DNA of 64,000 bases from Elsinoe ampelina (Eukaryota), in the NCBI GenBank assembly GCA_010093995.1, contig ML992502.1, positions 62,001-126,000 on the forward strand. The letters run 5' to 3'. The notes beneath the pieces were generated by a model. That model saw only the letters and a program-made list of their open reading frames with translations, ran no database searches and had not been told where the DNA came from. This document shows positions 61,480 through 64,000 of the stretch, piece by piece. The position numbers and the translations under genes are program-made. The stretch's first letter is position 1. Each line of letters begins with the position of its first letter.

Positions 61480-64000
61480 CGTCACGAAATTCCTAACGCT
61501 AGGGAGCTACGTTGGACTACTTCTAAGCAACTAACTTAGTCCGATTTAGTTCGATGCAATTCCCTAGTTACCCCTAGGTCCTACTTAGAAGTAATGTATT
61601 TTTTTTTGTAAGAACCCACTAAACGTAGCACATATAAAATGCAATAGTATATAGCGTATCCCGACGTATTAGTTCGTCTTAGTTAGAGTATCTCTTAGTT
61701 CGTAGATCTATTAGTTCGTTGTTATAAAGGCGATTAGCTCGATTTTAGACTACCTACCTCGTAGTATGTATTATATATGTCTATAAAACACATAAAGCCT
61801 TATTAACTATCTATTACGTCTAGTAAGGATACGAGATTATCGAGAGTATATATATATTACTTAACGTTCTACGTAACGCTCCTCTTAATAACAATATATG
61901 TATTATCTACTTACGATCTAATATCTCTTCTTATTAGTTCTAGGAAAGTATCTCTATCTAGTAGTCGTCTATCCCCTTCTATTACTAAGCTACCGCTACT
62001 ACGCCCCTAGGCTATTCGGTACTATAACACTAGTTTACGTAATAAGCCTCTAAACTCCTTATATACAAAGGACAAAAAATTTATCTATGTCTATGTATTT
62101 AAGAAATCCTTCCACCGTGCCTCTATTATTAGTAAATTGCTATTAGGTTCTTAGGACGGTATAGCACGCGTATAATCGAGTAGCCCGTAAGGATGTTGTT
62201 AACGAGTCTATTAATCCTTCTCGTGTGCTTTAACTACGACCTAACCTAGTTTAGGAGCAGTTATAGTTACAGTTATAGTTACGGCGAGGTTGTTGTCTAT
62301 ATTAGGCACTTACGCTAGTTGCGCTTATGCCGTGGGAGTAGCTATATAGTGTTTTAGTACTCCGTTCCTATATGCGAACTAAGTAGTACCTTAATATATA
62401 GCGATTAAGTATTTGTTATTAGCTTAACGCTCTTCTCTATCTATTTGTGTTAAGACTAAAAAGCCGATAGGACGATTAAGCCTACCTTGTACTAGCTGCT
62501 TAGTAGAAGCATTACATGCCGGCGCTATGTTATAGCTATCCCCTTTGTAATTAGGTCCGCCCTTAAGCACGTAACTTCTCTATAGGTCAGTTTAAATTTA
62601 GGTAGACCGAACTAAAATAGGAAGGTATCTATGTACCTTTAGCGTGTATCCTCCTTATCTAATAACCCTTCTATAGTAGCAGCGTAAAGGGAGATATTCG
62701 ATACTACTACAATAATAGTGAGCCTATTCTTCTCGACACACTCGGTAAAGCTAAGCTTTAGCTAACGAAAAATAAGAGCTTGTCTCTAGCTAATCTACGC
62801 GAGGAAGTTATTTTAAATACTTAGTCGGACATAATCGAGTTCTAAGGGTTTAATGTAATAGAACACTACTACTCCCTTAGGTAAGTAGGACTTAATACTA
62901 TCTACTTACTTAACTAAGAGCACATAAATTGTCGCTAGGAGGGAGGAGACGAGAAAGAATATCGGTTCCTAGAAGTAATAGCGAGTGCTATCTATTATAG
63001 CTAAGCCCCTATGTTCGACAAAGGCTACTCGGAAGGCTTTATATATTAAAGAACTCCTAAAGCGTTTCCGCTACTATACGTTAGTAGTTAATTAACAAGT
63101 ACATCTATCGCGTACTAGATCGCTATTCTTGCATTAATATATTTATTCCTCTAGTAGCTTACGTGCCTAATTCGGTAGCTCGCTATTCTTTAGCCCTTAT
63201 ATAAGCTATTCGCGCTAGAGCATCTCGCTTACTAATTATGTAATGTTATTACGACTGTAGTAGAGCACCTCTCGGAGCTAGACGTTGTTAGCGAGTAATT
63301 AACTTTAGCAAGTAATATACTTTGCTAGCTATAATTACGAAAGGGTATTTGCCTATTGTCCTCTATAGATAAGCTACTAGTAGCTGCTTATAGATCGAGC
63401 GCTAGTGCCTTGTAATTCGCGTAAGAAGCTATCGATTACTTAACGTTAGTAACATTATATTATAATTCTACCTAATAGCTATACTTACATGTAATTCGTC
63501 TTACACCGCTGCGAAGATGTCGCTATACTTGTTTAGTATGTCCTATAAATGTCGTTTTACTAACCGAACTAGCATAGAGGCTAACGCTAGGCTATTCTTA
63601 TCGGCTTATAGCTCTCTTAATCTTAGATCGAGCGTAGCGATGTCCGATCTATGCCTTCTCCTTTGTCTTTGATATTGTGTTTACGGCCTGCGTAGTTAGC
63701 CTAGCTCTCCTTACTAATAAAGCTATACTCTTCTTCGTCCTAGTCTACCTAACTTGAATTGTCGTCTTTGTAATAATTATCGGCCTTATAGCCTAAGCTA
63801 TACTAACGCTAACGTAACTAGGACATTACTTATCCTAATCGTTTTAGTTAAGAGATATATAGGTATAAGAGAGTTTAGTACGACAGGCCCTAACAATATA
63901 TACTATAACGGGAATAGTCGTCTTATGCGAGTTATAGTGACTTAGCGTTAGTTTAAGTTAGATAATAGCTTAGTTTAGTATTTAAAGTACGCAACTTTCT
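61480..64000. mobile_element. Left end of a larger TIR element related to the 44970 MITE, containing moderately RIPed gene-like sequence; runs off the window
   Basis: TA|CGTCACGAAA terminus plus TAGGGAGCTACGTTGGACT, which differs only by transitions from the MITE subterminal TGGGGAATTGCATTAGATT; abrupt rise in GC; intron-like gtaagt..ctaac..tag at 63488-63429 (-). Confidence 0.55.

Noticed and set aside
43332..64000. Starship-type giant element, or organellar/foreign AT-rich insertion
   Set aside because: No tyrosine-recombinase captain or organellar genes seen; AT richness is TpA-biased RIP of recognisable TEs

Overview
Filamentous-ascomycete genomic DNA (short GT-AG introns with CTRAC/CTAAT branch sites, heavy RIP in repeats; Dothideomycete-like by inference only). 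Bases 1-43.3 kb are gene-dense: sidA ornithine oxygenase, an orphan ORF, Aquarius helicase, an acyl-CoA thioesterase/3-hydroxyacyl-CoA dehydrogenase divergent pair, TFB2, a small membrane protein, TOR, a Tre/GCPII-like M28 protein, AAR2, a Ser/Thr-rich membrane protein, a TDT/Mae1-like transporter and a large secreted PAN/apple protein. Two RIP-destroyed DNA transposons interrupt this half: a foldback TIR element and a two-gene PIF/Harbinger. Bases 43.3-64 kb are an AT-rich, gapped, RIP-saturated nest: a Copia carrying a MITE and a chromodomain Gypsy, with a 7.8 kb hAT and a further TIR element inside the Gypsy. The highlight is invisible to the ORF track. The hAT (exact 8-bp TSD) carries a three-exon, divergent histone H3-like gene with several CenH3-like traits and a divergently oriented second cargo gene with an inferred acidic tail. 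It also has seven TTCTTATAG-N4-TTCTTATAG doublets, all in its introns and intergenic spaces. All de-RIP translations were done by hand and are inferences.
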